A stretch of DNA of 62,953 bases, the filler included, from Chiloscyllium plagiosum (Eukaryota): NCBI RefSeq assembly GCF_004010195.1. It is 4 parts of one record of this genome, joined end to end, with 100 filler letters (N's around TTAATTAATTAA, not from the genome) between each part and the next. Parts side by side here need not be neighbours in the genome. Positions count along the whole stretch, not along the records: positions 58,597 to 62,953 come from NC_057715.1; 3 more parts are not named here. One strand, written 5' to 3'. Within the stretch, counting starts at the first letter, position 1, and each line of letters begins with the position of its first letter. The notes below the pieces were generated by a model. That model was not told the origin of the DNA. It searched no databases and saw nothing but the letters and a program-made list of their open reading frames with translations. The translations under genes and the position numbers were made by a program. Positions 62,590 through 62,953 of this stretch are shown here, piece by piece.

Positions 62590-62953
62590 TACTCAAAACA
62601 GGTGATGAACCAGCTGTGGAAAGGACGATGGATGAAGACTTGCCATCTGAGGTAGTTTGGGCTGAGGTTAGGAATAGGAAAGGTGAGCTCACCCTGTTAG
62701 GAGTTTTTTACAGGCCTCCTAATAGTCCTAGAAACGTAGAAGAAAGGATTGCGAGGATGATTCAAGAGAAGAGTGAAAGTAATAGGGTGGTTGTTATGGG
62801 GGACTCTAACTTTCCTGATATTAATTGGGAAAGCTATAGCTCAAGTTCGTTAGATGGGTCAGTGTTTGTCCAATGTGTGCAGGAGGGTTTCCTGACACAA
62901 TATGTAGATAGGCCAACAAGAGGTGAGGCCATACTAGATTTGGTTCTGGGTAA
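62590..62953 (+). mobile_element. CR1 ORF2 APE fragment (runs off the window)
   Basis: WAEVRNRKG...GVFYRPPNS...VVVMGDSNFPDINW...PTRGEAILDLVLG. Confidence 0.9.

Overview
Non-genic-looking vertebrate DNA, most likely from a shark (inferred from HE1-type V-SINEs, CR1/HER1-type LINEs and a Deu-domain SINE). It is densely packed with transposons and broken by three artificial 100-bp N/TTAATTAATTAA joins. I could not support any host exon. Main content: (1) many CR1 LINE fragments and tRNA-derived SINEs, often nested; (2) about a dozen Penelope-like (PLE) pieces whose termini carry minimal hammerhead ribozyme motifs (CUGANGA-stem II-GAAAC-GUC), including a perfect 85-bp-arm head-to-head palindrome and ~130-bp ribozyme-bearing insertions with 13-17-bp target duplications; (3) a decayed minus-strand retrovirus-like provirus scattered over ~43.2-57.4 kb (RT YIDD, tether, second RNase H, integrase, env with an unusually long post-cleavage ectodomain), mostly missed by the ORF track; (4) a decayed Gypsy gag-protease followed by a long non-RT frame; (5) a young LTR with a perfect tRNA-Trp primer-binding site and a 42-bp repeated enhancer-like module; (6) an apparently ORF1-less LINE with a tRNA-like Pol III head. 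All family assignments come from hand translation and motif recognition, not database searches. Boundaries are approximate unless stated.
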